Source of the DNA: Candidatus Woesearchaeota archaeon
GTDB taxonomy: Archaea; Nanobdellota; Nanobdellia; Woesearchaeales; SM23-78
Assembly: GCA_016933095.1 (NCBI GenBank)
Contig: JAFGBP010000042.1
Span: 19,691-83,690, forward strand
DNA length: 64,000 nt
Direction: 5' to 3'
This document shows positions 27,577-37,719 of the stretch, piece after piece. The notes under the pieces are model-generated. The model had not been told where the DNA came from, did not search any database, and saw nothing but the letters and a program-made list of their open reading frames with translations. Numbering within the stretch: the stretch's first letter is position 1; every line of letters begins with the position of its first letter. A program made the position numbers and the translations under genes.

Positions 27577-29931
27577 TTGAAGAAAGACACCTTTGAGGTA
27601 ATTATGGCTGTATTCGTCCTAGTCACCATTCTAGCTGGTGCCTTGATTCTCATGCCCGTCTTCACGCTCGCGACTGGCAACATCACTTGCGAGTTCGTCC
27701 TAGGAACCAGCTGTCCTGGTGATAGTGTGAAGCTGATAGGCGTGCAGAATGACACTGGCGGCTTCAACAACGCGCACGCCCAGAATTATACTGTCGACAC
27801 GTATGCTTACTCCTTATGCTGCAACACGACTAACGCGAGCATCACGCTGAACAACACCTGCGAGACAGAGCCCGTAATCAAGTTGAGCGCAGAGACCAAC
27901 GCTCATATTGAGGAGGGAAATGGAACGTTGTATACTGGTGGAAACTGCGTAGCCCGTACAGACACTGACGACACAGACTTTTCAGCAGGGACGAGCTCTA
28001 ACATGGCAGTCCAGGGAACTGGGACAAACGCGAACCTGACAAGCAGCGATACGAGCGGAAGCTTCAGCATGTTAATAGATGGGTTAAAGACAAGGAAGTG
28101 GTACAACATCACGGTCTCGACCGAGGCGTATTATGGACTTGAGACAGGAAGATGGAGTGATGACGGGCCAGGAGCAAGCCTCCCTTCGATCGATACGACA
28201 AGCTTGATAGCGCTCTGGCACTTGAACAATGAGAGCGCGTATGACGAGAACGACACGCAAGTGTATGACTTCTCAGGGAGCAACAACAATCTTACTAATC
28301 TGAGCAACGTGCAAATTACGAGCTTCGGGCAGTTCGACAAGGCCTACGAATCAAGTGGTGCAGACGGACAACTCTGTAAGGATGGAGGTATAGGCCTTGA
28401 GGATGAGTACACAATCTTAATGTGGATATACCCAAACACCTTGGGAGCGAACGACAACTTCATAGGAACGTACGGAGGAAGCGGGAGCGGCACAGAATGG
28501 CTCTTCAGGATTAACGACACAGGGCTTGCCACGAGCTTACAGTTCTATGATGGAAACAACGTGGGAGGCACCCAAGAAGTCCTTAGTGTGGGCGAATGGC
28601 AGATGATCGGCGCCAGAGGCAACACCACCAACATCACACTCTATCACGACGGGGTGCGGGTGGAGGAAGGAGTCCTTACCTCTTCGTTATCAAGCACAAG
28701 GACGCTGTGCATCATGGACCTGCCGGCGGCTGAATACGAGTTTGACGGCCGGATGGATGAAGTCGCGATATGGAACCGTTCTCTTTCAGAAGAGGAGATA
28801 ATGAACTTCTACCGTAGAGGCGCCTTTAGGCTCAACCTCTCAGTCAGGAGCTGTGACGACGCCTCCTGCTCTGGAGATTCATACACCCAGATAACCGACA
28901 CGAGCTTTATGAGCTCAAAAGTCGCAACAGGCGAGAGTGACAACAGGTACTTCCAATACTTGCTTGAGTATTCTGACAACTCATCAGTCTACAACATATC
29001 GGTGAATGACATCTCTGTCGATTACTGCGACGCATCCATATCCGCATGCCTTGCAAGCAATTTCCAGGCAGTATACTGTTCCTACACGAGCGGGAGCTGC
29101 TCGGGCACCCAGAACTGCGTGCTTACGATGGCGAGCAGCGAGGGCTATAACGGGACCAATGCCCACGTCGGGAACTGCAGCACTTATTCGTACAAGGCCT
29201 GCTGCGGTCTATTGAACTACCCGCCAGAGCAGCCCACCACCACATATCCGATCGACGGTAATGACACTGTGAGTGAGAGGGGGCCTAACTTCAACTGGAC
29301 AAACGTATCAGACCCTGAAGGGGATGACGTGACTTTCACGATCAACCTGACTTGCGGGGCTGGATGCTCCTGCGCCGACATCGGAGTAAGCGGCATAAAC
29401 CAAACCAACTACTCTTATGGAGGATACTTGTGTGTTGACGTGAATTACAACTGGACTGTGAGCGCGTGCGACAGCTACGGCTCCTGCAACACGTCCGAAC
29501 AGTCAAACTTCACGATCCCGAGCGTGCTAGACTTCATAATGATAGCCAACGGCACGGATTTCGGCACGCTGAGCCCTGGCCAGACGAATGACACGACCAA
29601 CAACGACCCCATCCCACTGGTAGGAAGGAACCTAGGTAACGTCCTGATCAACGCGACCATAAACGCGACAGCGCTCTACACCTCGGTAGGAATGGACACG
29701 ATCTATTTCAGGTACTTGGCGGCTGATAATGAGACTGGCAGCATAGTGACGGCGTGCTCGCAAACCACGTTCGCCAACATGGACACAGCAGAGAAGAATG
29801 CCTTCTGCAACTTGTCATTCGAGAATGCAAGCGACGAGGTCAGGATAGACTTTGAGATCACCATCCCGCCAGACGAGCCTCCAAGGGATACTAACAGCAC
29901 GATAGAGATAATTTACGTAAGCGCCGAATAA
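27577..29931 (+). CDS. secreted Cys-rich surface glycoprotein with a LamG-like jellyroll domain
   Basis: Signal peptide, LIALWHLN...FDGRMDEVAIWNRSLSEEEI, many N-x-S/T sequons. Confidence 0.8.
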   Translation: MKKDTFEVIMAVFVLVTILAGALILMPVFTLATGNITCEFVLGTSCPGDSVKLIGVQNDTGGFNNAHAQNYTVDTYAYSLCCNTTNASITLNNTCETEPVIKLSAETNAHIEEGNGTLYTGGNCVARTDTDDTDFSAGTSSNMAVQGTGTNANLTSSDTSGSFSMLIDGLKTRKWYNITVSTEAYYGLETGRWSDDGPGASLPSIDTTSLIALWHLNNESAYDENDTQVYDFSGSNNNLTNLSNVQITSFGQFDKAYESSGADGQLCKDGGIGLEDEYTILMWIYPNTLGANDNFIGTYGGSGSGTEWLFRINDTGLATSLQFYDGNNVGGTQEVLSVGEWQMIGARGNTTNITLYHDGVRVEEGVLTSSLSSTRTLCIMDLPAAEYEFDGRMDEVAIWNRSLSEEEIMNFYRRGAFRLNLSVRSCDDASCSGDSYTQITDTSFMSSKVATGESDNRYFQYLLEYSDNSSVYNISVNDISVDYCDASISACLASNFQAVYCSYTSGSCSGTQNCVLTMASSEGYNGTNAHVGNCSTYSYKACCGLLNYPPEQPTTTYPIDGNDTVSERGPNFNWTNVSDPEGDDVTFTINLTCGAGCSCADIGVSGINQTNYSYGGYLCVDVNYNWTVSACDSYGSCNTSEQSNFTIPSVLDFIMIANGTDFGTLSPGQTNDTTNNDPIPLVGRNLGNVLINATINATALYTSVGMDTIYFRYLAADNETGSIVTACSQTTFANMDTAEKNAFCNLSFENASDEVRIDFEITIPPDEPPRDTNSTIEIIYVSAE

Positions 29932-29990
29932 GAGAGCGCAATGAGAAGAAGAGAAAAAGACGATCACTAAACAGCTGAGATGATAAAAAT

Positions 29991-31193
29991 ATGAGAATAA
30001 GCAGCATCACCAAAAAAAACGTGAAGAACACCTTCATCATCGCGTTCATCATAGCCTTGATGCTCTCTCTCACAGCATCGGCATCGGCTCTTGGAGTTAG
30101 CCCTGCGAAGAAGACAGTTTACTTTGAGCCCAACCAGACAGTTGAACTTAATTTCAAAGTGATAAACTCGGACGCTCTGGACGTGCCAGTATTCCTCAAC
30201 GCCCTGGGAGACCTCCAGGATCGCATGTTCTTCTCCGAAGGGAATAAGCTATTGTTGCAGAAGGACGTCGGGATTATGAGCTTCAAGGTGTTCCTGAATC
30301 TTCCGGAAGAGATGAGCCCGGGAGTACATACGACTTACATCAAGCTGACGCCGCAGTTCCCAAGCACAGGCAACATGCTAAGGGCGTTTGCAGCGCCCAT
30401 GATCCCAGTGTTGGTTAGGGTTCCTTATCCCTCTAAGTACGCAGAGGTAGACCTTGCAATCCAGGAAGTTGATGAGGGGACTGCAGTCCCAGTGCTTTTA
30501 GAGTTTGACAACCTGGGTTCTGAGGACATCGCGGTGGCAGAGGGAAGCGTGACCCTTATTAACCTGGCAGAAACTGGAACGGCAGGTGAAGAGAGCTTGA
30601 TAGGAAGCACTGCAGTGCTTGAATGCCCGAAGATTAGCGTCGGCGCCAACTCTTACGGAAAGACGGCATGCGAGCCGACCCAAGCCTTGAGGAGCGGGGA
30701 ATACCTGGCACAGGTAAGATCCCATTATGATAACACCCATGTAGACTTCGACCGAAATGTTAGCATAGGGAAGCCAATAGTCCGCGTAACCCACCTAGCC
30801 ACGCGAAACATCTTAACGAAGAGGATAAACACAGTCGTGTTCGGAGTCCGCAGCGAGTGGAACAGGGAGCTCCTAGTGACGGGGTTCATAAGGATCGACG
30901 GATTCCAGACTGAGATGCCTCTCGTCACCCTGGCACCAGGAGAAGAGAAGGAAGTCATAGGCTACTTTGATGCGACAGACACGACGCCAGGGCTCAAGAA
31001 CATGAGCATCATGCTCGGATATGCAGACCAGATCAGGACAGAGGATTACCTTGTAAGCATTGAGGAGGGAGAGCCTGAAGCTGAGCCGCCTACAAGGCTC
31101 ATAGGGAACATGATCCTTGCAGTGGCCATAATCGTAGTCCTGGCTGCAATCGCGATAATGCTGAAGAACGTTCTCAGGAAGAAAAGGGAGTAG
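29991..31193 (+). CDS. membrane-anchored secreted protein
   Basis: Signal peptide ending ASALGVSPA, RVPYPSKY motif, C-terminal TM and basic tail. Confidence 0.75.
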   Translation: MRISSITKKNVKNTFIIAFIIALMLSLTASASALGVSPAKKTVYFEPNQTVELNFKVINSDALDVPVFLNALGDLQDRMFFSEGNKLLLQKDVGIMSFKVFLNLPEEMSPGVHTTYIKLTPQFPSTGNMLRAFAAPMIPVLVRVPYPSKYAEVDLAIQEVDEGTAVPVLLEFDNLGSEDIAVAEGSVTLINLAETGTAGEESLIGSTAVLECPKISVGANSYGKTACEPTQALRSGEYLAQVRSHYDNTHVDFDRNVSIGKPIVRVTHLATRNILTKRINTVVFGVRSEWNRELLVTGFIRIDGFQTEMPLVTLAPGEEKEVIGYFDATDTTPGLKNMSIMLGYADQIRTEDYLVSIEEGEPEAEPPTRLIGNMILAVAIIVVLAAIAIMLKNVLRKKRE

Positions 31194-31323
31194 AGGCGAA
31201 AGCCAACAGAACTAACATCGGGGATTTCGAAGTAAAACTCCTAAACTTAGAGGATTAACATCCTTAACTTTCGCCTCGTAGAGGCGAAAGCTTTAAATAA
31301 CCCCGAGCGCAGTAATCCATAGC

Positions 31324-31881
31324 ATGGCAGATAGTGTTTTCAGAGGCACATTAGGATTCTTCATGGACCTTGGAATATATGATGTAGTCCTGCCATTCCT
31401 GCTCGTGTTCACTATCGTCTTCGCCATCCTTGAAAAGACAAAGGCCTTCGGCCTTGAGAAGATAGGCGACAGGGAATACACGAGGAAGAACCTAAACGCG
31501 ATGGTTGCCTTTGTCGCGGCTTTCTTTGTCGTGGCCTCAGCTCAGCTCGTTGCCATTGTGAACGAGGTGCTAGCCAACACCGTCCTTCTACTGCTCGTTT
31601 CCATTTGCTTCCTGCTACTTGCAGGATCCTTCCACAAAGGAGACAAGGAATTTGCCCTTGAAGGAGGATGGAACACCGCATTCATGGTCATCATGTTCAT
31701 AGGCATAGTCCTGATATTCTTCAATGCAGTGGGGTGGCTGCCCATCATTTGGGAGGCCATATTCTACAAGTTCGACTCTGTAACAGTTTCATCCATCATA
31801 CTCATAATTGCGATTGTCGCCTTTATGTGGTATATTACCGGAGGGGTGGGCCCAAAGGAAGAAAAGGACAAGAAGAGCTAG
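31324..31881 (+). CDS. multi-pass membrane protein, paralog 1
   Basis: DVVLPFLLVFTIVFAILEK motif; hydrophobic. Confidence 0.8.
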   Translation: MADSVFRGTLGFFMDLGIYDVVLPFLLVFTIVFAILEKTKAFGLEKIGDREYTRKNLNAMVAFVAAFFVVASAQLVAIVNEVLANTVLLLLVSICFLLLAGSFHKGDKEFALEGGWNTAFMVIMFIGIVLIFFNAVGWLPIIWEAIFYKFDSVTVSSIILIIAIVAFMWYITGGVGPKEEKDKKS

Positions 31882-32013
31882 GTACCACGAGCCTAGTGGC
31901 GCGTAAGCGAATCTTCCAAGAAAACAGAAAAATCGTTATTCAACGTCATCAAACCAAAAATATATAAATCCTGGATGAGAAAAACCAAGGTGGGCAAAGG
32001 AGGTTAATGAAAA

Positions 32014-32604
32014 ATGGCTTTCCAAGACTTTTTTTACACGCTGGAAATGTGGGGCGTCATGGATGTGGTGCTCCCGTTCATACTTGTATTCACGATAGTC
32101 TTCGCGGTCCTTGAGAAGATCAAGATACTGGGCGAAGGAAAAAGGCAGTACAACACTGTATTCGCTCTTGTCATGGGCGCAACCTTTGTCATGCCGCACA
32201 TAACAGGATCCTATATAGAGCTTATTGGGTTCGACCCGGTAGTTGTGCTCAACCAATCCTTGCCCCAAGTCTCCATTATCGTCGTGGCCATCATCATGGT
32301 CCTTCTTATAATAGGGGTCTTTGGTAACCAGATCGACTTTGCGGGAACACCTCTATCAGGTTGGATAGTCATATTGGCCTTCATCGCAGTCGGGCTCATA
32401 TTTGGCAGCGCCGTCGGATGGTTCTACCTCCCGGACTGGCTCTACTTCCTGAGGGATCCGGAAATACAGTCCCTTGTCGTGATGATACTAGTGTTTGGTA
32501 TCATAATCTGGTTCGTCACGAAGGAGGACAGCAAGGACAAGAAGAGGACGTTTGGCGACATAATTCAGGAGACCTTCGGAAGCCCCATGATAAAGAAGAA
32601 GTGA
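32014..32604 (+). CDS. multi-pass membrane protein, paralog 2
   Basis: DVVLPFILVFTIVFAVLEK motif. Confidence 0.8.
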   Translation: MAFQDFFYTLEMWGVMDVVLPFILVFTIVFAVLEKIKILGEGKRQYNTVFALVMGATFVMPHITGSYIELIGFDPVVVLNQSLPQVSIIVVAIIMVLLIIGVFGNQIDFAGTPLSGWIVILAFIAVGLIFGSAVGWFYLPDWLYFLRDPEIQSLVVMILVFGIIIWFVTKEDSKDKKRTFGDIIQETFGSPMIKKK

Positions 32605-32723
32605 TCATGGAAAGTGATGGCTGGAGCTGGATAATAAGTAGTTAATTAAAAGCAAATTATTTTTATTTTAATAACCATTTTAATTTGTCAAAATCCTCAT
32701 TTAAGCAGGCAAGAGAAATCTAG

Positions 32724-33365
32724 ATGGCAACGCTACTTGATGTTGGAATACTGGAACACTTCGGCTCGATATTCGTAGTCATAATCCTCTTCGCGATCGT
32801 ATTCGGGATTCTGGAGGCGAAGAAGCCTTTCGGAGATGCCAGCAAGGGTTTGAATGCAATCCTAGCGCTCTTTGTAGCGGCCTTATTTCTGGTATCAAGT
32901 GAAGCATCAGGGATGATAAAGGTCTTGGTGCCTTGGTTTGTCGTCGTCATAATATTCATCTTCTTTGTCATGCTAATGTTCAGGATGTTCGGCGTAGAGG
33001 ACAATACGTTCGTGAAGGTCGTCGGGACATCCCAAGTCTATATCTGGATAATAATCTTCGCCATTCTTGTAATGATGGGAGCGTTGGGAAATGTCTTTGG
33101 TCAAAGCTTCCTCGAGGCAGGCGGCGGAGGAAACACAGTCATAGGCCAGCCGTCTTCAGGTGCGGAAGTAGTCATTGGACCTGACGGAGAACCCGTTTCC
33201 ATTCCAGTGAGTACTGCAAGCGCGAGCACAACGAGCACCACGACAAGCAACTTCACAGTGAACCTCATGAACACGCTTAGGCATCCAAAAGTCTTAGGGA
33301 TGATCTTTGTGCTGCTGACCGGCGCGTTCCTGATGATATTCCTGACAAAGCCTGTCTCAGTATAG
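32724..33365 (+). CDS. multi-pass membrane protein, distant paralog 3
   Basis: IILFAIVFGILE...LNAILALFVA. Confidence 0.75.
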   Translation: MATLLDVGILEHFGSIFVVIILFAIVFGILEAKKPFGDASKGLNAILALFVAALFLVSSEASGMIKVLVPWFVVVIIFIFFVMLMFRMFGVEDNTFVKVVGTSQVYIWIIIFAILVMMGALGNVFGQSFLEAGGGGNTVIGQPSSGAEVVIGPDGEPVSIPVSTASASTTSTTTSNFTVNLMNTLRHPKVLGMIFVLLTGAFLMIFLTKPVSV

Positions 33366-33422
33366 TTCTGAGTTTTGCATCGAAAACTGCATAGAGAAAG
33401 AAAACCAAAAAGCCTTATCCCT

Positions 33423-34016
33423 TTATTTCTTCTTAAGTCCCTGAGTAATCCGATTGAGCTCGTTCACGTTCTCTGTGAAGACAGGCAACACCTTGGCAAA
33501 TACGCGCTCCATGGCCTTGATCTCGGCCCCGACCGCCAAAATGTTCTTGTCATACTCGCCGACCTTCCCAATGATGGCTTGGTGGAGCTTGTCAAAGCTC
33601 TCCTGCAAGGTGTCGATGCGCTGGTTGATCTTGATAATCTTGGAATCCACCTCACCCTTCCAATCCATGAGTCCCGAGAAGTCTTTGGAGACAGCGTTCC
33701 ATTTCTCCTCGACGATGCTCTCTATCATCTCATCTATCTGCTCATCCATGGGCTCGTCAGCGCCCACGGCTCCCGCAGCATCGGGAGGAGGAGGCTCATC
33801 AGGCCCGCCCATAGGCGCGCTTCCCATGTCAGGGACTGGAGATCCTGGAGCAGCGCCTCCGACCAGATCTGCCTGGTTGAGAGCATCAAATATCTGTGTA
33901 GAACTATAGCCGTTCCTCTGAAGGGCCTGGACGATTTGGTTGTTGTCAAAACCTCTAGATCTTAAAGTCTTCACCTGGTCCACTGGAAGGTCTGAAGGCC
34001 TATTGAATGATGCCAA
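33423..34016 (-). CDS. hypothetical coiled-coil protein
   Basis: Small helical N-domain, Pro-rich linker, ESIVEEKW coiled coil; GAGGTG RBS before TTG. Confidence 0.75.
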   Translation of the reverse strand: MASFNRPSDLPVDQVKTLRSRGFDNNQIVQALQRNGYSSTQIFDALNQADLVGGAAPGSPVPDMGSAPMGGPDEPPPPDAAGAVGADEPMDEQIDEMIESIVEEKWNAVSKDFSGLMDWKGEVDSKIIKINQRIDTLQESFDKLHQAIIGKVGEYDKNILAVGAEIKAMERVFAKVLPVFTENVNELNRITQGLKKK

Positions 34017-34114
34017 TTATGAAACACCTCTTGTTTTCCACCATGCGTGGAAAGTTTTCCCTCTTAACAAGTCATCTTGATTTATCGGGTATATAAAATT
34101 TTTGATGTTGCAAG

Positions 34115-34238
34115 GGGTGCGTCCAGAAAGGCCGCCTCGCGTAGTCTGATGGTGATTTGTAGAGATGCGTCTACACTCGTTTGCAACACGAAAGAAAGGA
34201 TGCGGACGAAGCGCGGCCAGGAGACTCTGGACGCACCC
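34115..34238. mobile_element. MITE-like element, family C (124 bp)
   Basis: Perfect 13-bp TIR gggtgcgtccaga/tctggacgcaccc with an 11-bp direct repeat gatgttgcaag on both sides. Confidence 0.85.
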
Positions 34239-34252
34239 GATGTTGCAAGTTC

Positions 34253-34858
34253 CTATCTTCGCCTGCGAACAGGAGGTTTTGCACGCACCCTCTGGGCAAC
34301 GGCTAGGCGAGGAGCAGGCTTGGAAGCAGAAGATGATTCCGACTTTGGAGCTGTTGAAGCCGGAGAACCAACAGGCGAATCATCAAAAGAAGAAGGTAGC
34401 GTCCTTAATATTATTCCTTTCTCCTCGATTAGGCGATCAAACTCCTTCCTTGTCAGGAACTCCATAGGCTGCCACATGTCAAGGTAGCGCTCAATCACTT
34501 TGAACTCCTCTTTCTTCGTGAGGTTCTTCATCTCATTGTTAATCAGCATGAGCTTGTCCATGATGTCCTTTAGCTCGTGCTTTAGGTCTAGGATGTCATC
34601 GTTTATCATCTTCAAGTCTTTGGAAAGGCCTCTCTCCAGCTCTATCATGCCGCCCTCGGAGACCTGGCTCTTGTTCCTCATCAGCACGAACCGCTCTTCA
34701 AGAATCCTTAAGTTGGCACCTATAGTGTTCACGTCTTTCCCCATCTTCTCGAAGGCATCCATGGTAGCAGGCATCTTCTTTACGGGCTTAGCGCTTGGCC
34801 TTTGCGGTGGAGGCGGAGGCACTCCTGCCATTGGAGGAGGCGGGATATTCTGGTTCAT
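34253..34858 (-). CDS. hypothetical coiled-coil protein
   Basis: Pro-rich N-terminus, LRILEER, ERYLDMWQPMEFLT. Confidence 0.75.
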   Translation of the reverse strand: MNQNIPPPPMAGVPPPPPQRPSAKPVKKMPATMDAFEKMGKDVNTIGANLRILEERFVLMRNKSQVSEGGMIELERGLSKDLKMINDDILDLKHELKDIMDKLMLINNEMKNLTKKEEFKVIERYLDMWQPMEFLTRKEFDRLIEEKGIILRTLPSSFDDSPVGSPASTAPKSESSSASKPAPRLAVAQRVRAKPPVRRRR

Positions 34859-34908
34859 GATAGTATCGACTCCTGGATTCAGAGTATTTAATATTTTTGG
34901 AAAAGAGA

Positions 34909-35125
34909 GGCTCTGTCAAAATCTCTCGTAGCCCGCTGCTACCGCTCATCAATAACGTCCTCGAGCCGAGTCTAGTCTGACCGCATGGCATTTCGTAGGC
35001 GCAGCCAGGGGCTACTTCTCTCGTAGCCCGCTGCTACCGCTCATCAATAACGTCCTCGAGCCGAGTCTAGTCTGACAGCATGGCATTTCGTAGGCGCAGC
35101 CAGGGGCTACTCTTTGAACAGAGCC
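34909..35125. mobile_element. MITE-like element, family A, with a duplicated 95-bp core
   Basis: Same TIR as the 8134 copy; core repeated at 34922-35016 and 35017-35111; flanks ggaaaagaga/ggaaaagcga. Confidence 0.85.
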
Positions 35126-35329
35126 GGAAAAGCGAAGGCTTTTCCAGACAAAGAACGAAGTTCTGCTCTGGGAAAAAATGATGTCAAAAGACGTCAGAAG
35201 AGGGGCAAAAGATTTATATAATCTCAAGCTCAGGAGAGAGATATCAGTTAGCTTTAGCTATAACATCGCTGGGCTGACGGAAAAGAAGAGGAAAAGGGAA
35301 AATTAACAGCAAAAGAGGTTGGAACTAGA

Positions 35330-37645
35330 TTGGTTGATGATAAGGAAGGCAGGAAGCCAGGCATACCTTACAGGATCGACCATGTGGGAGAAGACACTAT
35401 CCTGAAGGTAGACTGCGAGAAGCTGAACACCATCCCTTCCATAGAGGACAATGCCAACATCATGTCTTTCGTGGTCGAGAGGCTCATCGAGAACAAGGCC
35501 GCGACAAAGATCGTCTTCAGCCAGAAACGCGAGTACGAGTATGACTATGCTCAGACGAGGATCCTTGCAGAGCTAGCCTCAGTCTACAACAAGCTGATCA
35601 AGCAGAAGGAGCTCTTCAGCTACGAGAACCTTAACATGAAGCTGCGAAGCCGCGAGGCTGCCAGGTTCTACACCCAGATCCACAACCTGATATTCGATGT
35701 CTTGAAGAAGGACCCGGCGACCGCGTACGTCGAGCTCCGTCGGATGTATAGGCATGAGAAGATACTCTTCGAATCCGAGGAGAAGGAGAGGGGGCAGAGC
35801 ATAGAGTCATACAAGCTCTTCACGCACACCCTTGCTTATTTCATAGAGGAGCTTGACAAGACAAGACTCATTACTATCCTAAAGCCTTACCTGGCAGGCC
35901 ACAAGCCTTATGACAGGGAAGTGTACAGGAAGATATTCACCCCTAACATCAAGCCTGATTTCTTGTTCACAAAACTCATGGCTACCTATCCCAAAGGTGC
36001 GGTGGAGCTTGACAACTACAAGATCGGTCAGAGTGAGGTCGTGATCTTTGAGCTCGAAGACAACGTCCAGTACCTCTATCACATAACTCCTCCGGAATTC
36101 AAGCTGAAAGAGGAGCATTACGAGATCCTAGACATTGCGAGGAACATAATCTCTGAGCACAAGCCAACGAGGCAGGAGTTCATAGACCCTACGAGGATGA
36201 GGGAGGTATTCTTCAACGTAGGCCAGGACTTGATTGAAGAGCTTTCAGGGTATCGCAAGGTTAAGATAACTCCGGATGAGATCAAGGATCTCACGATGAT
36301 ACTTATCAGGTACACTGTCGGATTCGGCCTGATAGAAGTGCTTCTCGAGGATCCGAAGATTCAAGATATAACATTCAACAGCCCTGCAGGGCAGAGCACG
36401 ATATTCCTCGTCCACCAGGACTTCGGAGAGTGCAAGACTAACATAATACCGACGATCCCTGACAGCGAGAGCTGGGCGTCGAAGCTCAGGATGATAAGCG
36501 GCCGTCCCTTGGATGAGGCCAACCCGATCCTTGATACTGAGATCGAGATCCCGGGCGTAGCAAGGGCGAGGATCGGAGTGATAGCTCCGCCGCTGAACCC
36601 TTTCGGGATCGCTTATGCTTTCAGAAGGCACAGGGACAAGCCCTGGACCCTTCCGTTGTTCATCAAGAGCAGGATGATAAGCACGCTGGCTGCCGGCCTC
36701 ATCAGCTTCATAGTCGACGGCAACAGGACTATACTCGTTGCGGGGACTAGGAGCGCGGGAAAGACCAGCGTCGTTGGCAGCCTGCTCGTAGAGATTATGA
36801 GGAAGTACAGGATCATAACAATTGAGGATACGTTGGAGCTTCCTACTGACAGCCTGCGGGCCATGGGATACAATATCCAGCCGATGAAGGTGGCAAGTGC
36901 CTTCACGAAAGGCACTACAGAAGTGCCTGCAGATGAAGGTATCAGGACAACCTTGAGACTTGGAGATTCGGCCCTTATTGTTGGAGAGGTAAGGAGTACG
37001 GAAGCAGCTGCGCTATATGAGGCCATGAGGGTCGGCGCTCTTGCTAACGTAGTCGCCGGTACGATCCATGGTGACAGCCCTTATGGAGTGTTCGACAGGG
37101 TAGTAAACGACCTCAAAGTCCCTAAGACCAGCTTCAAAGCGACAGACATAATAATAGTCTCTAATCCTATCAGGAGCCCTGACGGAATACACAAGTGGAG
37201 GAGGGTGACGCAGATCACCGAGGTCCGGAAGGAATGGGAAGACGATCCGCTGCGGGAGAAGGGTTTTGTCGACCTCATGAAATATGACTCGAAGACAGAC
37301 CAGCTAGAACCGACCGATGACCTGATAAACGGAGACAGCGACATTCTCAAGGCCATTGCCGGAAACGTGCGCGAGTGGGCCGGCAGTTGGGATGCTGTCT
37401 GGGAGAACATAACCCTCCGCGCAGACATGAAGACCGCAATTGTGAAGGCTGCAGAGGAGGAGAACAACCCTGACCTTCTAGAGGCTCCTTTTGTCATCAA
37501 GTGCAACGATTACTTCCATAAGATATCAGAGAAGGTGAGAGCCAGGTATGGCAAGCTTGACAGCGAGAGGATACTCTTCGAATGGAAGGAGTGGCTGAAG
37601 AAAGAGCTTAAAGCCAAGCAATCTAAGAAATCGTTTGAGAGATGA
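35330..37645 (+). CDS. type II/IV secretion ATPase (PilB/ArlI/VirB11 family)
   Basis: Walker A GTRSAGKT, TIEDTLEL, LIVGEVRS, GTIHG. Confidence 0.92.
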   Translation: MVDDKEGRKPGIPYRIDHVGEDTILKVDCEKLNTIPSIEDNANIMSFVVERLIENKAATKIVFSQKREYEYDYAQTRILAELASVYNKLIKQKELFSYENLNMKLRSREAARFYTQIHNLIFDVLKKDPATAYVELRRMYRHEKILFESEEKERGQSIESYKLFTHTLAYFIEELDKTRLITILKPYLAGHKPYDREVYRKIFTPNIKPDFLFTKLMATYPKGAVELDNYKIGQSEVVIFELEDNVQYLYHITPPEFKLKEEHYEILDIARNIISEHKPTRQEFIDPTRMREVFFNVGQDLIEELSGYRKVKITPDEIKDLTMILIRYTVGFGLIEVLLEDPKIQDITFNSPAGQSTIFLVHQDFGECKTNIIPTIPDSESWASKLRMISGRPLDEANPILDTEIEIPGVARARIGVIAPPLNPFGIAYAFRRHRDKPWTLPLFIKSRMISTLAAGLISFIVDGNRTILVAGTRSAGKTSVVGSLLVEIMRKYRIITIEDTLELPTDSLRAMGYNIQPMKVASAFTKGTTEVPADEGIRTTLRLGDSALIVGEVRSTEAAALYEAMRVGALANVVAGTIHGDSPYGVFDRVVNDLKVPKTSFKATDIIIVSNPIRSPDGIHKWRRVTQITEVRKEWEDDPLREKGFVDLMKYDSKTDQLEPTDDLINGDSDILKAIAGNVREWAGSWDAVWENITLRADMKTAIVKAAEEENNPDLLEAPFVIKCNDYFHKISEKVRARYGKLDSERILFEWKEWLKKELKAKQSKKSFER

Positions 37646-37719
37646 AATACCGACGAGATATGCATAAGAGACACTATCAAGATACTCGAATACCAGGAAA
37701 CACAGGACTGATTTGAAAA

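Noticed and set aside
34922..35111. Possible CRISPR array
   Set aside because: Two contiguous 95-bp copies with no spacers, inside TIRs; no cas genes in the window
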